The translations under genes were made by a program, and so were the position numbers. The notes below the pieces were generated by a model. That model was not told the origin of the DNA and searched no databases. It saw only the letters and a program-made list of their open reading frames with translations. This document shows positions 1-8,990 of a stretch of DNA of 64,000 bases, in pieces. The stretch is from a virus (taxonomy: Duplodnaviria > Caudoviricetes). Position 1 is the first letter of the stretch. Each line of letters opens with the position of its first letter. Location: the IMG/VR virus record IMGVR_UViG_3300036770_007283; one strand, given 5' to 3'.

Positions 1-945
1 GTACATACATCCAAGATCCAAAAGCTGTTCGTTCTTATATGCAACACCAGATGTGAAGTTGATGAAAAATTCTGCATTCTTAAATGGTTTACCCATCTTA
101 TTTTTTTCTACCTTAATACGAATCTTGTGACCATACTTCTCTTCATTCTTATCTTCTAGAACATTTTCTGCACCAGACATTGGAGCAACCATCAACATAA
201 CACTGCAAGCGTGCTTCCAAGCTGCACCGCCTGGTGTGGTTTCTGGATTTCCAAACATAACCCCTACTTGTGTCTTAACATGGTTGATTGCAATAAAGCA
301 AACATTGGAATCAGCAACAGCAGGAGTCAACTTACGCAACTCTACAGTAAGGAATCTTGAAAGTGGTGCTACTTGCATCTTTCCAACCTCAGAAGATACT
401 TCAGCAGGTGCTGCCATAGCAGCCACAGAGTCTAATACAACAACACCCATCTTACCTAGGTTTAGCTTAACACTTTTGTTATTAACCTTGTGTGTAATAA
501 CTGCACCCTCCCTAACCATCTCCAACAGTCCAGGGGTTGTGGTCATCTTACCAGTCGCCTTATTAACCTTTGGACGACCTACCAACCCCTCAAAAATCTT
601 TTGTGCTTCATTGGTTTTAATCAACAAAACTCTTTCATTATCTACTCCCAATTTTGCAGCCCAATCAGAATCATAAGTATATTCTGCATCAATAAAGCAA
701 CAGCAATTCTCTGGGTCTTTTGACTGCCACTCTGCCATAGCAATTAAAGCCATGAATGTTTTGCCAGAGGATGGTTTGCCAGCCATCTGATAGATTCTAC
801 CCCTAGCCCAACCACCAATCTGTAAAGCACGGTCTAGAGCAGGTGCCCGGGTTGTAAATACAGAAACTTTTTCAATCTCATCTGGATGGCGTACAGTTCC
901 GCCAAACATTTCATTGATGTGATCCCAGGCTTGTGCTTCAGTCAT
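1..945 (-). CDS. recA: RecA recombinase, 3' end runs off the window
   Basis: Manual translation, absent from the ORF track because no stop is in the window: MTEAQAWDH...GKPSSGKT (Walker A), FIDAEY, VVVLDSVAAM (Walker B), INHVKTQVGVMFGNPETTPGGAAWK (RecA signature). Confidence 0.95.
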   Translation of the reverse strand, partial: MTEAQAWDHINEMFGGTVRHPDEIEKVSVFTTRAPALDRALQIGGWARGRIYQMAGKPSSGKTFMALIAMAEWQSKDPENCCCFIDAEYTYDSDWAAKLGVDNERVLLIKTNEAQKIFEGLVGRPKVNKATGKMTTTPGLLEMVREGAVITHKVNNKSVKLNLGKMGVVVLDSVAAMAAPAEVSSEVGKMQVAPLSRFLTVELRKLTPAVADSNVCFIAINHVKTQVGVMFGNPETTPGGAAWKHACSVMLMVAPMSGAENVLEDKNEEKYGHKIRIKVEKNKMGKPFKNAEFFINFTSGVAYKNEQLLDLGCMY

Positions 946-973
946 TTCTTTCGACATATATCAACTCCTTAAT

Positions 974-2629
974 TTAGTGTTTGTGATTTAGGCCAGTTTC
1001 ATTTGGTAAGCGATACCCCGCAACTGGTTGCCAGCCAGATTGCTTAAAAGGATCATCTGCAATAACAGCATCTGTGGTTAGAAGTAGATGCGCAATGCTA
1101 ATGGCATTTTCTAGTGCAGTTCTGGTTACCTTCTTTGGATCAATGACGCCCATTTCAATAAGGTCACCAAAATTCTCAGTAGCAGTATTATACCCATAAT
1201 CTACTGTGCCAACTTCTAGTTCACTTAAAATTTCTTGTGGATCCAAACCTGCATTAAGGATAATCTGAGCAGCAGGCGCCCGACAAGCATCAATTAAAAC
1301 CTCTGCGGCTGGATGCAAAGCGAATGGTAATGATTGACGCATTTTAATTCTAGTCTCTTCTGCAGCGTGCCAAAGAGCATGGCCACCACCAACAACATAA
1401 CCCTCATCAATGGCTGCTTTGACAGCAAAAACTGCATCTTCTACGCGGTCACCCTTCTCCCTTAGCTCTAGCTCTGTTGCATAACCCACGGTAATAACAG
1501 CAACCTTGCTACTTAGGAAACCAAGGCGATCCCTAATATCCTTATGCTCTGTATCGCCCAATGGATGCTTTAACCATTCACGATAGTGAGAAACCTTCTT
1601 ATTAACCAATCCTTCATTTTTATTTGGGCCAATAATTTTAGTTTTGTAACTTTCTACAATAACTCTATTAGCATGACCAAAATGTGAAAGATCAAAGTCG
1701 GAAAGTGGAATGCCAAAATCACCACCAACAATAGTTGACCCAGTAAGTGCAGCAAAGTCTTCCAACCATTCCTTACGGTTTTTGCCGAAGTTAGGAATTT
1801 TGATAGCACAAACATTTAATCTACCTGCTTGAAAATTGGTGGTAAAAAATCCAAGCCCTTCCTTTTTAAGATCCTTGCAAAGAAGTAGGATTTCACCCTG
1901 AGTTCCTGCGATCTTCTTCATAGCATTTTGAAAATCTGTTTCTGCGTGCGTAGTGATTTCATAATCAAAGATTAGAATTCTTACATCATTGAGTTCCCGC
2001 TTCGACTCATCCTTGTTAAGGAAGCTTTGTGAAATGTAGCCAGAGTCTAATTCAATACCATCAATAACCCGAACTGAATTAGGTACGCCTGGCATTGCCT
2101 CTGCGGTAATCAAGCCTTCCCTATTTACTGCAATATAAGCTTCTGCAATAACACGACCTAAATCAGGATCATTATTGGTAGAAATAGTTGCAATATGGTG
2201 CAGCGATTGATCATCACTTAGTGGCTTTGACATCTTGGAAAGCTCATCCAAGATAGAAGTTTTGGCCCAATCCATACCTTTTCTAAAGTTTAAAGGACTG
2301 TAGCCTGAATTCATTAGCTGTAATCCTTGCTTAAAGATAGCATGTGTTAAAACTGTTGCAGTAGTGGTTCCATCACCTGCAACTGCCGCTGTACGACCCG
2401 CGGCTTCCTTTACTAACTGACAGCCAAGCTCTTCGATGGGATCATCTAAGACCACCTCTCTGGCTACTGAAACACCATCCTTGGTAATGGTTGGCGCCCC
2501 AATCGTTCTACCAATAATTACATTCTTGCCACGAGGCCCCATAGTTACTTGAACAGTTCTGGTTAGTTTTTCAACACCAGTGAGTACTTTTTGTCTAGCG
2601 TCATTTCCATATTCTAATAGTTTTGCCAT
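974..2629 (-). CDS. groEL: GroEL-like chaperonin, copy 1
   Basis: [44 protein letters not shown]; no GGM tail. Confidence 0.95.
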   Translation of the reverse strand: MAKLLEYGNDARQKVLTGVEKLTRTVQVTMGPRGKNVIIGRTIGAPTITKDGVSVAREVVLDDPIEELGCQLVKEAAGRTAAVAGDGTTTATVLTHAIFKQGLQLMNSGYSPLNFRKGMDWAKTSILDELSKMSKPLSDDQSLHHIATISTNNDPDLGRVIAEAYIAVNREGLITAEAMPGVPNSVRVIDGIELDSGYISQSFLNKDESKRELNDVRILIFDYEITTHAETDFQNAMKKIAGTQGEILLLCKDLKKEGLGFFTTNFQAGRLNVCAIKIPNFGKNRKEWLEDFAALTGSTIVGGDFGIPLSDFDLSHFGHANRVIVESYKTKIIGPNKNEGLVNKKVSHYREWLKHPLGDTEHKDIRDRLGFLSSKVAVITVGYATELELREKGDRVEDAVFAVKAAIDEGYVVGGGHALWHAAEETRIKMRQSLPFALHPAAEVLIDACRAPAAQIILNAGLDPQEILSELEVGTVDYGYNTATENFGDLIEMGVIDPKKVTRTALENAISIAHLLLTTDAVIADDPFKQSGWQPVAGYRLPNETGLNHKH

Positions 2630-2898
2630 TATATCTTCCTAAATATTTCTAGGTTAAAAAATATTACCTCTTGAAGAGGAATGGGTAATTTATCAATTAA
2701 TTCTTCTAGTGATACATAATAATTGTTATTATAAATCCAATCACCAGAATAGTTGTTAAGAATTGTTCCTTCCGAAAAAGTTATCTTGGTATGAAACTTA
2801 AGATATACGCTTCCGGAAGTATTTGTAATAATCTTCTTTGGATAGTTTGGATAAGCCTGCGGAATTATTTCTATTTGAAATGTAATCGCTTCTTTCAA
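2629..2898 (-). CDS. hypothetical protein
   Basis: 89-aa ORF overlapping both neighbours (translational coupling). Confidence 0.6.
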   Translation of the reverse strand: MKEAITFQIEIIPQAYPNYPKKIITNTSGSVYLKFHTKITFSEGTILNNYSGDWIYNNNYYVSLEELIDKLPIPLQEVIFFNLEIFRKI

Positions 2899-3449
2899 GG
2901 TTTACTCAATTTGCTATGCTCCAGATAATATCCCAGAGCCACGATTATAGAGTCTGCTTCGTCGTAGCACTCTTTTTTAATATTACCTGCACGATTATTC
3001 TGCGTCAAAAAATTATTAAACGTTTTCTTACAGAAGTTTAAAACATCTTCTTTATCATCAATATTGCAACTATATTTTGTTTTAACCAATTTTCTAAGTG
3101 AAGTCACTGGCATCCTAATTGGCTTAGACTTAAGAACACGGTATGTTGCCAGCCCGCAGACCTCATTGAAAGAAGATAATATTAAGATAGTATTTGCCGA
3201 GCTTTTACCTTTTGAAAATTTCTTCGCATAATCTTCGATGGCTACAACATCTGGTTTTTCTTTTTGAACTAAATTTGTTATAGCATCAAAAGCGTAATTT
3301 AGCCTAAAAGAAAAATTATCATCAGATTTTTTCTTTGAAGTAGGTTTGATGTGACCATAAGTTTTTAATCTAATATCCTGACCTACTTCCACTTCTAATA
3401 TTGACCAACCTATCGTAGCGGAAGATATATCTAAACCTAATATCAACAT
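2895..3449 (-). CDS. ruvC: RuvC-like Holliday junction resolvase
   Basis: ILGLDISSATIGWS, VVAIED and DEADSI acidic catalytic motifs. Confidence 0.8.
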   Translation of the reverse strand: MLILGLDISSATIGWSILEVEVGQDIRLKTYGHIKPTSKKKSDDNFSFRLNYAFDAITNLVQKEKPDVVAIEDYAKKFSKGKSSANTILILSSFNEVCGLATYRVLKSKPIRMPVTSLRKLVKTKYSCNIDDKEDVLNFCKKTFNNFLTQNNRAGNIKKECYDEADSIIVALGYYLEHSKLSKP

Positions 3450-3479
3450 AAAGACTCCTAGAGTCTTTATGTTACCAAA

Positions 3480-3527
3480 TAAAAAAACCTAATTCACACG
3501 TGCGTGTGCGTGCGCGTGTGAATTAGG
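3480..3527 (-). terminator. intrinsic terminator after ssb
   Basis: 13-bp stem CCTAATTCACACG/CGTGTGAATTAGG followed by a T-run on the minus strand. Confidence 0.8.
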
Positions 3528-3545
3528 CTTGGTTCAAATTAACTA

Positions 3546-4211
3546 TCAGCTCTCGAAATTGAAGAAATCATCATCATCATTGGATTGCTGCTTTGACTTA
3601 GCACCACCCTTAGAATCAGCCTTGGGCTTGGTGGACTCGCCTTCACCCCAACCCATGATTTCACGAACAGATTCTGGTGAAGTAGGTTGTGTTAGCTTTA
3701 GCATATCGACACGATCATTAAACTTGTTAAAATCTTCACGGAAGGATGATTCCAGTGGTGATTTTGGTCGTGGAGTTACACGATAAAGTGGCTGTGTTCC
3801 AGGAGTTCCTCGTTCAATGGTAATATCGTAACCGGTTACTGGACCCCAATCTTCATCAAGATAAAGAGTCTTAATTCCGTTATAAATTTGGCTACCAATT
3901 TCAAGAAGTTTGAATTCGTTATTGGCACGATCCAAAACTTTGATCATCCAGCGTGGACGACGCTTAAAACCAGCATCCTCTAGTTTTCTAACTAACTTAG
4001 CATCACCAATTGGTGAGTTTACCTTACGCTTTTTACCATCTGGTGTATCGAGCCAGTGAATATAGAATTGAACTGGATTACCCATAATACGAACACGAGA
4101 CTTACCAACATCTAACTTCATAAAGTCATTCTTCATGCCAGAGGCTGCAGAACCTTCGCTAACATCACCTGAATTCCAATCAATTTCACCAAATACTACA
4201 TCTGAACCCAT
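3546..4211 (-). CDS. phage single-stranded DNA-binding protein (gp32-like)
   Basis: FMKLDVGKSRVRI...GYDITIER core, acidic/aromatic tail DDDDFFNFES, replication context. Confidence 0.7.
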   Translation of the reverse strand: MGSDVVFGEIDWNSGDVSEGSAASGMKNDFMKLDVGKSRVRIMGNPVQFYIHWLDTPDGKKRKVNSPIGDAKLVRKLEDAGFKRRPRWMIKVLDRANNEFKLLEIGSQIYNGIKTLYLDEDWGPVTGYDITIERGTPGTQPLYRVTPRPKSPLESSFREDFNKFNDRVDMLKLTQPTSPESVREIMGWGEGESTKPKADSKGGAKSKQQSNDDDDFFNFES

Positions 4212-4293
4212 GTTTCTCTCCTTTGTTGTTGTTGTTTTGTGCTTGACTATTTAAGGCTTAATGCCATTGACGTCTTTGCTATTGTGTTATTGG

Positions 4294-4881
4294 CTATTCC
4301 TGCCATTTAATTTCGCCACAAATGTCATCCTCGTCTCTTTCTTTTTCATCATCATAACCAGGAGGACCATAACCCGACTGGCGACGTGCCGAGCTAACCT
4401 CTTCTTTATACCCACCCGCCTGGAAATTTCCAAGCGTCTCTAGTGAGTAATCTCTCTTTAAGAAAGTCTTGAAGGCGTAATGCCATCCCAAAAAATAATC
4501 TGCTTTATTTTCTAACCATTTCTTTGCTGCCTTAGCAATAGCAACTTCATTACAAGCATCAATATAGTCATCATCAGCCTGAGCAAACCATTCTTTATTT
4601 TTCACTACCTTATGACCTGCCGAATTAGCCTTCACTAGTGCGGCATTAGTCCAAGCTTTAGATCTGGCACCCTCCTTTATAGAAATCAACCTATCAACTT
4701 TTGCAATCAACTCTTGACAAATATTTTGCGCATGAAGCGTCATCACCAAGCCACGCTCTGCGATATTTAGATCCATCACACCGTTTCTTGGAAGCCAATC
4801 TGATACATTATCAATTTCTGTTGTATCAATATCTTCGACGGAAAAATTATCAATCCTGATTTTTTCTCTAAAAGTACCCAT
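4294..4881 (-). CDS. hypothetical helical protein (possibly a recombination mediator)
   Basis: 195-aa ORF next to ssb; function inferred only from context. Confidence 0.5.
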   Translation of the reverse strand: MGTFREKIRIDNFSVEDIDTTEIDNVSDWLPRNGVMDLNIAERGLVMTLHAQNICQELIAKVDRLISIKEGARSKAWTNAALVKANSAGHKVVKNKEWFAQADDDYIDACNEVAIAKAAKKWLENKADYFLGWHYAFKTFLKRDYSLETLGNFQAGGYKEEVSSARRQSGYGPPGYDDEKERDEDDICGEIKWQE

Positions 4882-4889
4882 TTAAAACC

Positions 4890-5183
4890 TCACCTATCTT
4901 TCATTTCAAGTTTTGCAACCTTGGCTTCGAGCATGGCAATCTTTTCTACCCAGGAATCCAACTTTCGCAACTTTTGATTGTACATTAAGTTTAATAAAAA
5001 GAAGATTAAAATCATTGCAGTAGGTTGGTTAGCCGGTGGTGTAACAGAAATAATATCACCATCCTGATCTGTTACGAATAATCCAACAAACGCTTCCTTT
5101 CCAAAACTTTTCTCTAACTCTAGATAGTATTCAAATTCTTCTTTTGTAAGATTTAACTTTTGATTGGCAATTGCCTTAATCAT
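4890..5183 (-). CDS. hypothetical protein
   Basis: 97-aa ORF coupled to the upstream gene. Confidence 0.6.
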   Translation of the reverse strand: MIKAIANQKLNLTKEEFEYYLELEKSFGKEAFVGLFVTDQDGDIISVTPPANQPTAMILIFFLLNLMYNQKLRKLDSWVEKIAMLEAKVAKLEMKDR

Positions 5184-5713
5184 CAGGTACTCCTATTGAT
5201 ACCCTTGAACCCACCACGCTTAGAATGAATCGGTGCCTCTTTTCCAAGATTAGGGTTGGTTAAAACCCTCTGTTGATGTAACTTTCTTAGTCGCTCAGCC
5301 TTGTTAGATAAATCTTCTGGTAGAACATTACCATCATCATCTAACTGATCTAAGTGTTCTGCGTATTCTTTTTCAATCTCACTACGAATATCATCCTCTT
5401 CAACATAGTCAGATTCTTCAGAAGTGGCAATCACCTGACGGGCTGGTTTAGCACTTAAAGAGATATCTTCTAAAATCTGCTTCCCGATCCCACCCTTTAA
5501 TTCATTAAAGAAGAATAAAGAAATGTCATAAATCTGTGATTCGGTGAAAGAAGAAGAAAAACGTTCGGCACTAATTTTGTTCTGAATTAAAGTAATAATA
5601 TTGGTGTCACGATTTGAAAAAAGGCTAGAACCACAAGAAGGGCATAAATTCTTCATCAAGGCAAATCGCATTGATTCGTTAACGCCAAAACCACATTCAT
5701 TACAGTGCATCAT
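5183..5713 (-). CDS. Zn-ribbon hypothetical protein
   Basis: N-terminal CNEC...CPSC. Confidence 0.65.
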   Translation of the reverse strand: MMHCNECGFGVNESMRFALMKNLCPSCGSSLFSNRDTNIITLIQNKISAERFSSSFTESQIYDISLFFFNELKGGIGKQILEDISLSAKPARQVIATSEESDYVEEDDIRSEIEKEYAEHLDQLDDDGNVLPEDLSNKAERLRKLHQQRVLTNPNLGKEAPIHSKRGGFKGINRST

Positions 5714-6744
5714 ACTTTTTTTCCTAAGGCACTTTCAAGTAGGGAAAGTGACAAACCCTTTTGTTCCATATATTCATCTACCTTACAAATAGCCCTGATT
5801 GGTAAGCCGTCAGTTAGAACCGTCATATATTTATCATAATCATCTTGCCAAACGGTTAATTCGGCGGTGGAACCTTCTGCATCCTCGACTAAATACTTGG
5901 CAAATTTTCTACCTATATTTTTACCACGTTTAATTTTAAATTCCTTAACCATAGCCTTGATAATTACTTCAATCTTAACCTTAGTTCCAGAAGGAATCTG
6001 GGGGATCTTTCTCAATGGCGTAACATTAGAATCCTGCCGAAAGAAACCTTTGAAAACCTCATGGAGAGAACCGCTGATTGTTCTGCCCAAAACCTCTCTC
6101 TCGTTGGTGAGCAGATCCTTGCGCTCCCATTCTTCATGGTACGTAGGGAATACAATGTCATCAATAGTTTTTCCTTTCTTTTTTTCTTTATTGATCAAAT
6201 CACGATAATGTGAGTGGTTTTCAAAAATATCCTTTCTGGTTCTTCCAAAAGAAGTAAAAGCACCAGCCTTAGACATTGACTCCATGACTCTTTTATTTAC
6301 TACCCTTGCATTTGTTCTAAAGAAAAAATCCTCAATCGAAGCAAAGGGTTGCAATGAGATGATTTCTTGAATTGCAGTATCGCCAACACCCTTAATCGCT
6401 GTTAAGCCTGTAACAATAGTTCCATCTTCCTTGGTAACATAACTGCCGGTGCTTTTGTTAACATCTGGTGGGGTAATGGAAATGCCCATCTTGGAGCATT
6501 CGGAAATATATTCTAAGGTTTTATCAGAGTTAGGATCCTCGCTGTTAAGCAATGCACACATAAATTGTGTAGGATAATGACATCTCAACCAAGCAGTATA
6601 ATAAGAAATATGTGAATAAGAAACTGAGTGAGAATTAGAAGTAAGCATACCGTTAGATAAATAATATTGGTGATCAGGATGCTCTACTTCTAGATCATAA
6701 GTATCCATCATCCCAACTTCTTTTACTGATTTAATTTTAGCCAA
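5710..6744 (-). CDS. dnaE: DNA polymerase III alpha, C-terminal half, preceded by split-intein IntC
   Basis: TTG start with GGAGG SD; 37-aa IntC then SHSVSYSHISYYTAWLRCHYP, GLTAIKGVG (HhH), OB fold. Confidence 0.95.
   Translation of the reverse strand: MAKIKSVKEVGMMDTYDLEVEHPDHQYYLSNGMLTSNSHSVSYSHISYYTAWLRCHYPTQFMCALLNSEDPNSDKTLEYISECSKMGISITPPDVNKSTGSYVTKEDGTIVTGLTAIKGVGDTAIQEIISLQPFASIEDFFFRTNARVVNKRVMESMSKAGAFTSFGRTRKDIFENHSHYRDLINKEKKKGKTIDDIVFPTYHEEWERKDLLTNEREVLGRTISGSLHEVFKGFFRQDSNVTPLRKIPQIPSGTKVKIEVIIKAMVKEFKIKRGKNIGRKFAKYLVEDAEGSTAELTVWQDDYDKYMTVLTDGLPIRAICKVDEYMEQKGLSLSLLESALGKKV
6634..6744 (-). mobile_element. split intein C-fragment (DnaE IntC, 37 aa)
   Basis: MAKIKSVKEVGMMDTYDLEVEHPDHQYYLSNGMLTSN|S: block F YDLEV, terminal Asn, Ser+1. 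Confidence 0.93.
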
Positions 6745-6752
6745 AAAACCTC

Positions 6753-7559
6753 CTAGTTTGGTTCTGGTGTCCCATTTATTTCTAGATTCAGAAATTCATC
6801 CATCTCTTCTGAACTAGTACTGGGTCCAAAAATTCTTTCGTTAGCTATTTTAATATACTTCTCTTCTTGTTCAATTAAGATAAAATCTCTATCTAAATTC
6901 TTGCAGGCTACACCCGTCGTTCCACTTCCCGCGCAATTATCTAAAACTATTTCCCCAGGGTTGGTATAAGTCTTTATTAAATATTCAAATAAAGAAACCG
7001 GCTTCACCGTAGGATGAGAACCGCTAGTATCGGTATTAAATTTCTGCCAAGAAGACGGGACCCTTAATTCTGGAACTTCGACAATACCACGGCCTTTGAA
7101 TTTTCTATAGTTTTCAGACCTGGTGTTATGATCTTTACGATATCGCTTTGTATGCTTCTTACCAGTGGCAGATGTTCTTTCCTGCATCTGCTTGTTATAA
7201 GTCCATTTTCCTCTTGAAAAAATTAGAACCTGCTCATGCTCTTTGAAAGGTTCTCTGACTGTATTTGCAAAATTACTTCCACGATTTTTAATCCAAATCC
7301 ATTCGTGACGAAACATCTTTGGGTTAGACATAACTAAAGCACTAGAAAAAGGTTGGGAAGCAGTCAGGGCTATAACTGCATTAGGTTTTGTAATTCTTTT
7401 ATATTGTTCCCAAAGTTTATCAAAAGGGATTACTGTATCCCATTTGTTTTGGGTAATTCCATAAGGTAAATCACAAAGAATCATATCTATGGAACCATCA
7501 TCTATCTTCTTCATTACTTCTAAGCAATCACCCTGATATATCTTGTTTTTTTCTAGCAT
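6753..7559 (-). CDS. DNA N4-C/N6-A methyltransferase (beta class)
   Basis: DMILCDLPYG, HPTVKP, VLDNCAGSGTTG. Confidence 0.9.
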   Translation of the reverse strand: MLEKNKIYQGDCLEVMKKIDDGSIDMILCDLPYGITQNKWDTVIPFDKLWEQYKRITKPNAVIALTASQPFSSALVMSNPKMFRHEWIWIKNRGSNFANTVREPFKEHEQVLIFSRGKWTYNKQMQERTSATGKKHTKRYRKDHNTRSENYRKFKGRGIVEVPELRVPSSWQKFNTDTSGSHPTVKPVSLFEYLIKTYTNPGEIVLDNCAGSGTTGVACKNLDRDFILIEQEEKYIKIANERIFGPSTSSEEMDEFLNLEINGTPEPN

Positions 7560-7587
7560 TTCAAAATCCCGTAGGTTAGGTATAGCT

Positions 7588-7616
7588 AGTATACCTAGAG
7601 CAATCCTAATATTACT
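7588..7616 (-). promoter_or_regulatory. putative promoter for the MTase-dnaE-C unit
   Basis: AGTAAT-17 nt-TATACT; same TAATAT-N15-TATA pattern as three other intergenic sites. Confidence 0.5.
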
Positions 7617-7678
7617 CTATTTTTAGAACCAAGTTTGGAAAACTTAAACCAACTTCATTTATACTCAAAAATATATTT

Positions 7679-8932
7679 TTATTGAACTATTCTTAGCTTA
7701 GTTGTGCTGACGTTAGTTATTTCACAATCTTGTTCTTCATCACCACGAGGTACCTGGCTTGATAATCCAGAAGCTAAAGTAATGTTGTGATTGCCATTAG
7801 CGTTAATAACATCAGCAACTATAGAACCATAAAAAGAAGCATTGCCATTTGGGTAGACTGTTGATTCTGGTGCATAAATGGTTCCATTAAAAGTGCTAGA
7901 GCCATTTATTCTAACTACTCTTTCACCAATAACCCTTATCTCAAAACACTCCGGATGATCTGCATTGCCAGTAACACCACCATTTAAATTTACATTACCA
8001 TTAACATATAAAATGGTTGGACTAGTACATCCATCAGATGTGCCAGAAATATTAATCATTTCTCTTGCCGTTCTTTGCTCCAAATCACCATCAACATAAT
8101 AAACTTCACCTTCTTGAAGTGTAGTGACTATAGTTGTATTAGAACCCCTACCCACACGAACACCATTAGGTAGGGCATGATAACTTTCAGGATAATCCAC
8201 TGGACTGATTGGAATTTCCATACCCATAGGTGTAGAGTCGCCTGTGAAGTTATAAGCAGAACCCCTAGAGTCTATGCAAGGGGTTCCTACATCATATTCA
8301 CAATCTGGACCCATATGAATATCTATTCCGTTTTGTACATTAAGACTACCGCCCAAAGTTATCCCACCGGAGTTAGTACAAGCAGATGCGCCGGCAGTTA
8401 CCTCATCTATTCTTAGATCAAAATTTCCACTTAGTTCCAATTGAGAATTGGCAAAGATTAAGCAGGGCCAATCACCATCGTTAGTAGGGACACACTCTTC
8501 TTCTAAGGTAGCAACCTTACCAGCAATAGAAGTTGCATGAACATGGTAAGTATAGTATCCAAACATTCCACCAAATATAGATGGAATATTGGATTCTGTA
8601 GTTATTTTTACATAATCACCATTATCCATATCTAAGATCCACTCACCACCTTGATTAAAGGTACCAATTTCAGTGGTAACATTTTCAGAGGTTATAGTGG
8701 CTCCATAGACGGTATGGCTTGTAGCAATAGAGGTTGCTTCTTCAGATACAGTAGTAGTGTTATTACTACCATCATCTTCACTGCCAAGATAGGCGGCGGA
8801 AGAAATTGCGGAAGTATCTGCGGCAGTTTGCAACTGCGCCTTAGAATAAGTCATAAGACCATAATCTATGGAAAGCGCTGCAAATCCAATAAATATGGGA
8901 AGTGAAATACTAAAATAAGTAGCAGTAGACAT
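7679..8932 (-). CDS. TadG/TadE-like (Flp pilus pseudopilin) protein with a beta-rich C-terminal domain
   Basis: LPIFIGFAALSIDYGLMTYSKAQLQTAADTSAISSA matches the Tad-domain helix; C-terminal GTIYAP...FYGSIVA repeats. Confidence 0.7.
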   Translation of the reverse strand: MSTATYFSISLPIFIGFAALSIDYGLMTYSKAQLQTAADTSAISSAAYLGSEDDGSNNTTTVSEEATSIATSHTVYGATITSENVTTEIGTFNQGGEWILDMDNGDYVKITTESNIPSIFGGMFGYYTYHVHATSIAGKVATLEEECVPTNDGDWPCLIFANSQLELSGNFDLRIDEVTAGASACTNSGGITLGGSLNVQNGIDIHMGPDCEYDVGTPCIDSRGSAYNFTGDSTPMGMEIPISPVDYPESYHALPNGVRVGRGSNTTIVTTLQEGEVYYVDGDLEQRTAREMINISGTSDGCTSPTILYVNGNVNLNGGVTGNADHPECFEIRVIGERVVRINGSSTFNGTIYAPESTVYPNGNASFYGSIVADVINANGNHNITLASGLSSQVPRGDEEQDCEITNVSTTKLRIVQ

Positions 8933-8990
8933 TTTGTATACCTAGAATTTGTTATTTATAGTTACAATAAATATTGAAAAATATTCTTTT

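Noticed and set aside
236-723. Plus-strand ORFs 236-676 and 490-723, and most other short plus-strand ORFs
   Set aside because: Antisense shadows of well-supported minus-strand genes, with no motifs.
5252-5269. AGGGTT-N6-AACCCT hairpin resembling the purA element
   Set aside because: Short, inside an open frame with no in-frame stop; likely chance.
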